DNA of 64,000 nt, taken from assembly GCA_963699635.1 (NCBI GenBank), contig CAVOUQ010000018.1, forward strand, positions 192,579-256,578, read 5' to 3'. Positions 30,300-38,445 of the stretch are shown here, piece by piece (within the stretch, counting starts at the first letter, position 1; every line of letters starts with the position of its first letter). A program made the translations under genes and the position numbers. The DNA is from an uncultured Actinomycetes bacterium. Lineage in GTDB: Bacteria > Actinomycetota > UBA4738 > HRBIN12. Below the pieces are notes generated by a model. That model searched no databases and was not told the DNA's origin. It saw only the letters and a list, made by a program, of their open reading frames with translations.

Positions 30300-31318
30300 G
30301 CCGTCGTTCTCTCGGTCCGCTCGTGCACCAGGTCCACGAGCCGCTGGAGGTGCTCGACGGGCGTCGAGGGCAGCACGCCGTGGCCGAGGTTGAACACGTG
30401 CCCGTCGCGCCCGCCCGCGCGTTCGAGCACGTCGAGCGCCTTGCGCTCCAACGCCTCCCACGTCGAGGTGCACGCGGCCGGGTCGAGGTTTCCCTGGATC
30501 GCGCGGTCGTGACCGATCCGCTCCCACGCCTCGTCGAGCGGTTCGCGCCAGTCGACGCCGATCGCGTCGCCGCCCGCGTCGCGCATCAGACAGAGAAGGT
30601 GGCCCGTCCCGACGCCGAAGTGGATCGCCGGCACTCCCAGGTCCTCGAAGATCGGCCGCACGAACGGCAGGACCGAGCGCTCGTAGTCGTCGCGGGCGAG
30701 CGCCCCCGCCCACGAGTCGAAGACCTGGACGACCTGTGCGCCGGCCTCCACCTGCGCCCGGAGATGCGTTCGAACGATCGACGCGAGCCGCTCCATCAGC
30801 TCTGCCCACGTCATCGGATCGCCGAGCATGAGCGCCTTCGTGCGTACGTGGTCGCGCGAGGGGCCGCCCTCGACCAGGTAGCTCGCGAGCGTGAAGGGCC
30901 CCCCCGCGAACCCGATCAGCGGCACGTCCAGCTCCTTGCGCAACAGCCGGATCGTCTCGAGCAGATACGGCTCGTCGGCCTCGGGTTCGAGCGGCCGCAG
31001 GAGCTCGAGGTCGTTGGCCGAACGGACCGGCTCGTCGACGACGGGTCCCCTCCCCGATTCGATCCGAACGCCCACGCCGAGGGCGGCGAGCGGCACCATG
31101 ATGTCGCTGAACACGATCGCCGCGTCGAGCGGCATCCTCCGCAGCGGCTGGAGCGTGATCTCGACCGCGAGGCCGGGCTCGCGGCAGGTCTCGAGCACGT
31201 CGCGCTCGCCACGGATCTCTCGGTACTCCGGCAGGTACCGGCCCGCCTGCCGCATGAACCAGACGGGGGTCCGGTCGACGGGCGCGCGCCGGAGGGCGCG
31301 CAAGAGGCGATCGTTCAC
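30296..31318 (-). CDS. hemE: Uroporphyrinogen decarboxylase
   Basis: PVWFMRQAGRYLPEY, FSDI, QGNLDP, FNLGHG. Confidence 0.98.
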   Translation of the reverse strand: MNDRLLRALRRAPVDRTPVWFMRQAGRYLPEYREIRGERDVLETCREPGLAVEITLQPLRRMPLDAAIVFSDIMVPLAALGVGVRIESGRGPVVDEPVRSANDLELLRPLEPEADEPYLLETIRLLRKELDVPLIGFAGGPFTLASYLVEGGPSRDHVRTKALMLGDPMTWAELMERLASIVRTHLRAQVEAGAQVVQVFDSWAGALARDDYERSVLPFVRPIFEDLGVPAIHFGVGTGHLLCLMRDAGGDAIGVDWREPLDEAWERIGHDRAIQGNLDPAACTSTWEALERKALDVLERAGGRDGHVFNLGHGVLPSTPVEHLQRLVDLVHERTERTTA

Positions 31319-31341
31319 CCGCTCAGGATACGGTTGGGCCC

Positions 31342-31686
31342 GTGGTGACGGTCGAGGAGGTCCGGGCGCTCGCCATGACGCTGCCGCGTACCACCGAGGC
31401 GCTCGTCCGGGACCGGGTGAAGTTCCGCATCGGACGGATCGTCTACCTCGCGTTCTCGCGCGACGAAACCATCATGGGCTTCGCGTTCCCGAAGGAGGAG
31501 CGCGAGGGGCTGGTCGGTTCGGAGCCCGACAAGTTCCTGATGCCGACCGGCGGCGACCTGCGCTATCACTGGGCGCTCGTCCGGCTCTCGGCCATCGACG
31601 CGACCGAGATGCGCGAGCTCGTGCTCGACGCGTGGCGGATGGTGGTCCCCAAGCGCGTTGCTGCCGAGCTCGACGAGCCCGCCTAG
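31342..31686 (+). CDS. MmcQ/YjbR family protein
   Basis: VRALAMTLP, KFRIGRIVY, ELVLDAWRMVVPK. Confidence 0.8.
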   Translation: MVTVEEVRALAMTLPRTTEALVRDRVKFRIGRIVYLAFSRDETIMGFAFPKEEREGLVGSEPDKFLMPTGGDLRYHWALVRLSAIDATEMRELVLDAWRMVVPKRVAAELDEPA

Positions 31687-32030
31687 TCCCCTCCGCCGCC
31701 GAGCGGGCCGATGTGTCGCAGCTTGTCGGGGTTGGACACGGCCCGAACCGTTGGCACGAGGTCGTCCACGATGTCGAGCGAGACGATGACGACGGTACGT
31801 CCCTCGGCGTCGAAGAACACGGCTCCGGGCTGGCCGTTGATCTCCGCGGGGCGCATTCCGATCACCCCCAGGCGCTCGCCTCGAGCCCTCGCGCCGACCA
31901 GCAAGTGGGCCACCCGCTCCCGACCGTTGACCGGATGCGCGAGCGCAACGGCCTTCCCGCCCCCGTCGCTGTACGCGACGACATCGGAAGCGAGCAGGCT
32001 GACGAGTCCTTGCGTGTCCTGCTTCGCAAC
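31683..32030 (-). pseudogene. C-terminal SnoaL-like remnant of an ECF41 (SigJ-type) sigma factor
   Basis: LLASDVVAYSDGGGK, INGQPG, NPDKL motifs; no sigma regions 2/4 upstream, where tRNA-Ser lies. Confidence 0.75.
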
Positions 32031-32078
32031 CGCCTTCCCTCGGAGACGAAGAGCGCCCTGGCGAGGTCTCAATCCAGA

Positions 32079-32168
32079 TGGCGGGAGGGCCGGGATTCGA
32101 ACCCGGGAGCGGGTTGCCCCGCTAGCGGTTTTCAAGACCGCCGCCTTCGTCCGCTCGGCCACCCTCCC
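32079..32168 (-). tRNA. tRNA-Ser (TGA)
   Basis: GGGAGGG TG GCCGAGCGGACGAAGGC G GCGGT CT TGA AA ACCGC, long variable arm, CCGGG TTCGAAT CCCGG CCCTCCC G CCA. Confidence 0.96.
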
Positions 32169-32241
32169 GGGGTCGAGGGTAACAGCGGCCTGGAAGCGGA
32201 CATGGGGTATCTGCGAGGATGACCGAGCGGATGGGAAGCAG

Positions 32242-34404
32242 GTGAGCGGCACCGAGGGGGGCTTCCGAGGCGCGAGCGACGCGCTGTATCGCTCGCTGCT
32301 CGAGCAGGTCCCGGCCGTCGTCTACGTGGACTCGAACGCGCTCGAGCCCGAGTCCCTCTACGTGAGCCCCCAGTGCGAGGCGATGTTCGGCCGCCGCGAA
32401 GAGGAGTTCCTCCAGGACCCCGCCCTGTGGGGCAGCTGCATCCACCCCGATGACCGCGAACGCGTCCGGCGTGAGTGGGCGGCGGCCGTCGTGCGGCAGG
32501 ACCGGTTCGAGTGCGAGTACCGGTGGATCGCGGCCGACGGCACGATCCTGTGGGTTCGCGACGGCTCCCTCCTGGTGCGCGACGAGCGGGGCGAGCCGCT
32601 GTTCTGGCAGGGCCTGCTGCACGACATCACGGCGTCCAAGCGCGTGGAGGAGGCGCTGCGGGGATCGGAGGCCCGCTACCGGTTCCTGGTCGAGAACATC
32701 CCGGCGGTCGTCTACATGGTCGCCCCCGACGACGACCGTCGAACCCTCTACGTCAGCCCGCAGGTCGAGCGCGCGCTCGGCTACACGTTGCGGGAGTGGC
32801 TCGAACAGCCGGACATCTGGATGGAGCTGCTCCACCCCGACGATCGCGAGACGACGCTCGCGGCGCACGATCGCCACAACGAGACCGGCGAGCCTTGGAG
32901 CCGGGAGTATCGGCTCATCGCGAGCGACGGGCGGGCGGTCTGGTTCCGAGACGTCGCCAACCTCGTTCGCGGCGAGCGCGGCGGCGCGCTGCACTGGCTC
33001 GGCGTCCAGCTCGACGTCACCGAGCGCAAAGGGGTGGAGGAGGAGCTCCGCTCGGCGCGCGACGAGCTCGAGCGCCGGGTCCAGGAGCGCACCGCGGCCC
33101 TGGAGGAGGCGAACGAGCTCATGGCGCTCGAGATCGCCGAGCGACGCCGGGCCGAGGAGGAGCTGCGCGTCACCGAGCACCGGTATCGCATGCTCGCCGA
33201 GCACATCCCCGCGGTGACCTACATCTGGCCCACCGAGCCCGAGGACGCCGGCTATACGAGCCCGAGGATCGAGCAGTTGCTCGGCTACTCGGTCCGCGAT
33301 TGGCACCGGACGCCCGGCTTCTGGGAATCGCGCCTGCATCCGGACGACCGCACCGCCGTCATCGCCGCCACCCTCCGCTCCGAGAGCACGGGCGAGCGGT
33401 TCTCGATGGAGTACCGCTACCTGCACAAGGACGGGCACATCGTGTGGGTGCTCGACGAGGCGGTCCTGCTGTCCCGCGACGAGGCCGGCCGGCCCGCGCT
33501 CTTCCAAGGCGTGATGATGGACATCTCGGCCCGCCGGGAGGCCGAGGCCAAGGCCGAGGAGAACGAGATGCGCTATCGACGCCTGGCCGAGCAGGCGCCG
33601 GCGATCACCTACGTGGTCGACCTCGGCCCGGACCGATCGGGCGACGACGTCACGTACGTGAGCCCCCAGCTCACGTCGATGCTCGGCTACAAACACGCGG
33701 ACTGGCGCACGACCTCGCACTGGCTGTCGACCGTTCATCCCGACGATCGCGACCGGGTCGGTGCGGCCGCGGCGGGCATGCACGAGACCGGCGGGCCGTA
33801 CGTGATGGAGTACCGGATCGTCGCGAAGGACGGGAGCGTGCTCTGGGTCCGCGACCAGGGCGGCGTGCTCTCTCGAGACGAGCTCGGCCGGCCTCGCGAG
33901 CTCCAGGGTCTCGTGATCGACGTGACCTCGGCACGGCGTGCCGAGCTCGATCGGGCCGAGGCCGAGGCGCGCTATCGCTCGCTCGTCGAGCAGATGCCGG
34001 CGATCACGTACATCGAGCTTCAGGGCGACGATCCGAGCCGGACGCTCTTCACCTACCTCAGCCCGCAGGTCGAGCGCATCCTGGGTCGTTCCGCCGAGGA
34101 GCTCATGGCCGATCCGGGTCACTTCGGACGCATGCTCCATCCCGAGGATCGCGAACGCGTGATCGCAGCCAACGCCCACTCCGAGGAGACCGGCGAACCC
34201 TTCGATGCCGAGTACCGCGTCGTGCGCGACGACGGAACCGTCGTACGTCTGCACAGCCGAGCGACCCTCGTTCGCGACAACGATGGGCGGCCGCTGTTCT
34301 GGCACGGCGTGGCGATGGACGTCACCGCCGAGCGCGCGACCGAGGCGTCGCTGCGCGAGCTCGAGGAGCGCTACGAGGCCCTCGCCGGCCGGCCGCCCGC
34401 CTGA
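32242..34404 (+). CDS. Protein of five PAS/PAC domains with no recognisable output domain
   Basis: Five repeats of YR.L.E..PA..Y...HP.DR...EYR....G...W...D.T. Confidence 0.85.
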   Translation: MSGTEGGFRGASDALYRSLLEQVPAVVYVDSNALEPESLYVSPQCEAMFGRREEEFLQDPALWGSCIHPDDRERVRREWAAAVVRQDRFECEYRWIAADGTILWVRDGSLLVRDERGEPLFWQGLLHDITASKRVEEALRGSEARYRFLVENIPAVVYMVAPDDDRRTLYVSPQVERALGYTLREWLEQPDIWMELLHPDDRETTLAAHDRHNETGEPWSREYRLIASDGRAVWFRDVANLVRGERGGALHWLGVQLDVTERKGVEEELRSARDELERRVQERTAALEEANELMALEIAERRRAEEELRVTEHRYRMLAEHIPAVTYIWPTEPEDAGYTSPRIEQLLGYSVRDWHRTPGFWESRLHPDDRTAVIAATLRSESTGERFSMEYRYLHKDGHIVWVLDEAVLLSRDEAGRPALFQGVMMDISARREAEAKAEENEMRYRRLAEQAPAITYVVDLGPDRSGDDVTYVSPQLTSMLGYKHADWRTTSHWLSTVHPDDRDRVGAAAAGMHETGGPYVMEYRIVAKDGSVLWVRDQGGVLSRDELGRPRELQGLVIDVTSARRAELDRAEAEARYRSLVEQMPAITYIELQGDDPSRTLFTYLSPQVERILGRSAEELMADPGHFGRMLHPEDRERVIAANAHSEETGEPFDAEYRVVRDDGTVVRLHSRATLVRDNDGRPLFWHGVAMDVTAERATEASLRELEERYEALAGRPPA

Positions 34405-34410
34405 CCGAGC

Positions 34411-35682
34411 TCAGGCCCGGGGATGCAGCTCGCGAAGGCCCTCCGGCAGGTAGCCGTGCAGCACCTTGGGCAGCGCGACCCCGCCGTCCGCCTGCTGGAA
34501 GTTCTCCAGGATCGCGATGAGCGTCCGGCCCACCGCGGTGGCCGTGCCGTTCAGCGTGTGCAGGACCTCGATCTCGCCCGACGGCCGCCGCACGCGCGTC
34601 TGGAGTCGGCGCGCCTGGTAGTCGGTGCAGTTGGAGCACGACGTGAGCTCGCGGTATCGGTCCTGGCCCGGGAGCCAGCCCTCGATGTCGTACTTCTTCG
34701 CCGCGGCTGCCCCCAAGTCTCCCGCCGCGACGTTGACCACGCGGTAGGGAAGCTCGAGGTTGCCGATGATCTCCTCCTCGATCGAGAGGATCCGCTCGTG
34801 GACGTCCCACGAGGTCTCCGGCGTGGTGAACGCGAACATCTCCACCTTGTCGAACTGGTGCACGCGGAACATCCCGCCCAGATCCTTCCCGTAGGAGCCC
34901 GCCTCGCGGCGGAAGCAGGTCGAGTAGCCCGCGTAGAGCACCGGCAGGTCGCCCTCGTCCAGGATCTCCCCCATGTGGAAGGCCGCCAGCGGGACCTCCG
35001 AGGTCCCGACGAGATACAGGTCGTCCTCGCTCGTCTTGTAGATGTTCACCTCGTCCGTCGGCAGGAACCCGGTGCCGTACATGGCCTCCTCGCGAACGAG
35101 CACCGGGGGAATGACCGGAGTGAATCCGCGATCGCACAGGACGTCCATGGCATGCCGCACGAGCGCGAACTGAAGATGGACGATATCGCCGAGCAGGTAG
35201 ACGAACCGCGACCCGCTCGTCCGCGCGCCGCGCTCGGTGTCGAGCACCCCGAGGAGCGCGCCGAGCTCGGCGTGGTCCAGCGGCGGGAAGTCGAAGCTCG
35301 GCGGTTCGCCGTGCCGTCGGATCTCGACGGCGTCCTCGTCGGTGAACCCGTCAGGAGCCGAGTCGTGCGGCACGTTCGGGACCTTCGCCAGAAGGTCCGC
35401 GAGCGCCTGCTCCGCGCCCGTGAGCTCCGGTTCCAGCTCCTTCAGCTCGGCCGAGACCGAGCTCACCTCGGCGATCAGTCGCTGCTTCTCGCCCCCCTGC
35501 GAGCCGCCGATCTGCTTGGAGGCGCGGTTCTGCTCCGCGCGAAGCTCCTCGACCCGGGCGGTGAGCGAACGCCGTCGCTCATCGGCGGCGAGCAGCTCGT
35601 CCACGGCGTCGCCGAGGTTCCGCCGGCCGAGGCCGCGGCGGAACGGCTCGGGGTCCTCGCGGATCGCCCGGATGTCGAGCAC
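34411..35682 (-). CDS. serS: Serine--tRNA ligase
   Basis: MLDIRAIR, GTSEVP, CFRREAG, RVHQFDKVE, ELTSCSNCTDYQARR, HTLNGT. Confidence 0.98.
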   Translation of the reverse strand: MLDIRAIREDPEPFRRGLGRRNLGDAVDELLAADERRRSLTARVEELRAEQNRASKQIGGSQGGEKQRLIAEVSSVSAELKELEPELTGAEQALADLLAKVPNVPHDSAPDGFTDEDAVEIRRHGEPPSFDFPPLDHAELGALLGVLDTERGARTSGSRFVYLLGDIVHLQFALVRHAMDVLCDRGFTPVIPPVLVREEAMYGTGFLPTDEVNIYKTSEDDLYLVGTSEVPLAAFHMGEILDEGDLPVLYAGYSTCFRREAGSYGKDLGGMFRVHQFDKVEMFAFTTPETSWDVHERILSIEEEIIGNLELPYRVVNVAAGDLGAAAAKKYDIEGWLPGQDRYRELTSCSNCTDYQARRLQTRVRRPSGEIEVLHTLNGTATAVGRTLIAILENFQQADGGVALPKVLHGYLPEGLRELHPRA

Positions 35683-36083
35683 TAGACCTTCGCGTCCTCC
35701 GGCTTCGAAGCCTCCGCCTTGGCGGGCGGCGGCTGCGGTGCGGCCTGGGTCTGCTGGTCCATGATGCTCTGTCCCTGGAAGACCGCGCCCTCCTCGACGA
35801 TGAGGGTCTTCGAGGTGATGTTGCCGTCGACGCGGCCGCCGCGCGAGATCTCGGCGCGGCCCTTCACGACGATCGAGCCCTTGAACCGCCCGGCGACCGA
35901 CACGTTCTGGGCCCGGATGTCCGCCTCGACCGCGCTCTGCGGCGAGAGCATGACGTCGCCGTCGGCATTCACCTGACCCTTGATCTGACCGTCGATCCGT
36001 AGGGAGCCGGCCGAGACGACGGTCCCCTCGAGCTTGGCGCCCTGCCCGACGATCGTGACCTCACCGCCCTGTTGGTCTGCCAT
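35682..36083 (-). CDS. Bactofilin (polymer-forming cytoskeletal protein)
   Basis: TIVGQGAKLEGTV..LRIDG..V.GNI....LIVEEGAVFQG. Confidence 0.92.
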   Translation of the reverse strand: MADQQGGEVTIVGQGAKLEGTVVSAGSLRIDGQIKGQVNADGDVMLSPQSAVEADIRAQNVSVAGRFKGSIVVKGRAEISRGGRVDGNITSKTLIVEEGAVFQGQSIMDQQTQAAPQPPPAKAEASKPEDAKV

Positions 36084-36145
36084 CTGTCGTCCCCCCGTCT
36101 CCTTGTGCGTTTCGCCGCCGGACTCCGGGTCCTCGCGTCGCCAGA

Positions 36146-36640
36146 TCACGTCGCCGTCACCGCCTCCCGGGGTTCCGCGAGCGCCTTCCGGATCGCCTCC
36201 TCCTCTTCGATCGACAGGTTGTACTGGCTCCGTCCGTCGACGATGGGCTTCGCGTAGACGCGCGTGTCCTGGCGGCCGTTGATCGAGGTCACCACGACCC
36301 CGTTTCCGAGGTCGTCCAGCATGGCGCAGGAGAAGGAGAGCCTGCCACCCACGTCCTCGAACGCGTCGTAGCGAACGAGTCCCACGTGGCGGACGGCGCC
36401 CTCGATCAACGCCTCCTGGCGGCGATCGGTCGAGGACAGGGATCGGACCGCGGCCTCGAGTCGCTCGATCTGCCGCGACTGCCCCTCGAGGACGCCGCGG
36501 AGCACCTCGTCCATCTGGATCGGGCCGCGAGGCTCGTTGCGGCGCCGACCCTGCGACATCGCCGAGAGCAACAGGGCGAACACCGCCAACCCGATCGCGA
36601 TCAGGGCCAGCAGGCTGAGGGTCTCCACGGAGAAGGTCAT
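36146..36640 (-). CDS. DUF4446 family protein
   Basis: N-terminal TM, VGLVRYDAFEDVGGRLSFS, INGRQDTRVYAKPI, LSIEEEEAI. Confidence 0.85.
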   Translation of the reverse strand: MTFSVETLSLLALIAIGLAVFALLLSAMSQGRRRNEPRGPIQMDEVLRGVLEGQSRQIERLEAAVRSLSSTDRRQEALIEGAVRHVGLVRYDAFEDVGGRLSFSCAMLDDLGNGVVVTSINGRQDTRVYAKPIVDGRSQYNLSIEEEEAIRKALAEPREAVTAT

Positions 36641-36746
36641 CGGTCCTCGAATTCGTTCGAACGCGGCCTGACCTGCGGCGTTGCGGAACCGGGAGTATAC
36701 AATCGAGCCCCTCGCGGTCGAACGAACCGCGGACGGACACGACCGC

Positions 36747-37553
36747 ATGCGGGTTGCCTACTTCGACTGCATCGCCGGGATCACCGGCGATACGGCGCTC
36801 GCCGCACTCGTCGATGCCGGCGTCGACCTCGAGGAGGTCCGCAAGCACCTGGCCACGATGCCGCTCGAGCCGTTCGAGCTCGAGGCGGAGGAGGTGGAGG
36901 AGGGCGGCCTGCGGGCGACCCGCGTAACGGTTCACGCCTCGACGGTCGGCGTGATCCGGACGTATCCGAGCATTCGAGCGCTGCTCGACGCCGGAGAGCT
37001 TCCGCCCGAGGCCCATCGGCTGGCCCACCGAACCTTCCGCCTGCTCGCCGAGGCGGAGGCTCGCGTCCACCGCCGGGAACCGGAGACCGTGACGTTTCAC
37101 GACGCCGACGGGCTCGGCACGCTCGTGCACGTCGTCGGCACCGCGCTCGGGCTGACCTCCCTCGGAGTCGAACGGGTCTTCTCCTCCGCCGTCCCGACCG
37201 GCCTCGGGATGACCAGGACCGAGCACGGCGCCCTGCCGATCCCCACCCCGACGGTCGTCGAGTTGCTCACCGGTGCGCCGCTGTTCTCGCGTGGCGTGAC
37301 GGCCGAGCTGACGAACGCCACGGGCGCGGCCATCCTGGCGGCGACCGTGGAGGGCTACGGAGAGCTCCCGTCGATCCGGGTCGAGGCCGTCGGGTACGGG
37401 GCCGGCACCCAGCGCCTGGACATCCCGAACCTGTTGCGGATCCTGATCGGAGAGGAGGAGCCGGCCACCTCGCGCCCGAGCGCGCCGGGCTCCCGCGAGC
37501 TCCATCTCGTTCCCGAACCCGGGAGCGACTCCCAGCCCGGCGACGCCGGCTAG
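36747..37553 (+). CDS. LarC-family protein (N-terminal domain only, divergent)
   Basis: AYFDCIAGITGD, LAEAEARVH, HGALPIP, TGAAIL, GYGAG..PNLLR. Confidence 0.85.
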   Translation: MRVAYFDCIAGITGDTALAALVDAGVDLEEVRKHLATMPLEPFELEAEEVEEGGLRATRVTVHASTVGVIRTYPSIRALLDAGELPPEAHRLAHRTFRLLAEAEARVHRREPETVTFHDADGLGTLVHVVGTALGLTSLGVERVFSSAVPTGLGMTRTEHGALPIPTPTVVELLTGAPLFSRGVTAELTNATGAAILAATVEGYGELPSIRVEAVGYGAGTQRLDIPNLLRILIGEEEPATSRPSAPGSRELHLVPEPGSDSQPGDAG

Positions 37554-37593
37554 CTTAGCGGGCCCGGCGGCTCAGGCTGGCCCCGAAAACGCC

Positions 37594-37620
37594 CGATGCT
37601 GCCCACGTGGGGCAGCATCG
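37594..37620. terminator. Hairpin between convergent larC-like and peptide genes
   Basis: 11-bp stem CGATGCTGCCC / GGGCAGCATCG, 5-nt loop, followed by GGCGTTTT on the minus strand. Confidence 0.7.
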
Positions 37621-37658
37621 CGGCGGTACCTGGCGGCTCGAGCCGAGCTTGTGGGACC

Positions 37659-37745
37659 TTAGTCCCACTTCCACCCGGCGCCGACGGCCATGAGGAAGGC
37701 CGCCAGCCACCCGAGCGACACCATGAGTCGGCGGTACCTCTGCAC
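37659..37745 (-). CDS. 28-aa small peptide MQRYRRLMVSLGWLAAFLMAVGAGWKWD (not in ORF track)
   Basis: GTG start 7 nt after a strong AAAGGAGG RBS, TAA stop, signal-peptide-like layout, own promoter and downstream hairpin. Confidence 0.85.
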   Translation of the reverse strand: MQRYRRLMVSLGWLAAFLMAVGAGWKWD

Positions 37746-37778
37746 GGCAACGCCTCCTTTCAGGGCGGTACGGAAGGC

Positions 37779-37830
37779 ATATCGGCACCTTGGGGTCGGA
37801 CCTTAAGGGGATTCCTCTGTAGGTCGATAT
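37779..37830. promoter_or_regulatory. Back-to-back sigma28 (FliA/WhiG)-like promoters
   Basis: Minus strand: TAAG-N15-GCCGATAT (37805 to 37779). Plus strand: TAAG-N15-GTCGATAT (37804-37830). Both share palindromic CTTAAG. Confidence 0.7.
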
Positions 37831-37883
37831 CGCCTGGGTGGGTCCTGGCGCGCCTCGGCTCGCCATGTCATAAAAGGGGAACC

Positions 37884-38445
37884 ATGCGTCTGGTCCTTTT
37901 TGCGTTTCCGCTGGCCATCGGCCTCGGATACCTGCTCGGCGGGCGGCTGCGGAACCTCGCCGAGCTCCGGTTTCGGCACGGCTGGGCCGGGCTCGTCGGC
38001 GTGGGCCTCCAGATCCTTCCGGTCGGGGGCACCGGGGGATCCCTGATCCTCATCGCCTCGTTCGTGCTGTTGCTGTTCGTCGCGGGCGCGAACTGGCGGC
38101 TCCCCGGGTTCGGGCTCATCGTCCTCGGGCTCTGCATGAACTTCCTGGTGATCGCCGTGAACGAGGGCATGCCCGTGACCGCTCAGGCGCTCGTCGCCTC
38201 GGGACAGGCGGGCACGCTCGACGACCTCCAGAGCGCGGGCGGTGCCAAGCACCATCTCGCGACCTCCGAGGATCACCTCCTGTTCCTCGCCGACCGGATC
38301 GCGATCCCGCCACCGGTCCGCCAGGCCGTCAGCGTCGGCGACGTGGTCGCCTATGCGGGCGCGATGTGGTTCGTGGTCGCCGGGATGCGTCGTCGCGAGG
38401 CGGACAGCCCGACCGACCTTCTCGCGGCCGGAGGCCTCCACCTGA
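37884..38445 (+). CDS. DUF5317-like membrane protein
   Basis: GGRLRNL, N..VIAVNEGMPV, KHH, FLADRI, SVGD motifs. As assembled it reads in frame into the kinase, but a TGATG junction with a GGAGG RBS at 38443-47 suggests two genes. Confidence 0.75.

Noticed and set aside
37555-37880. Structured ncRNA (SRP or riboswitch) between larC-like and DUF5317-like genes
   Set aside because: No recognisable ncRNA motif; better explained by a hairpin terminator, the small peptide ORF and divergent promoters
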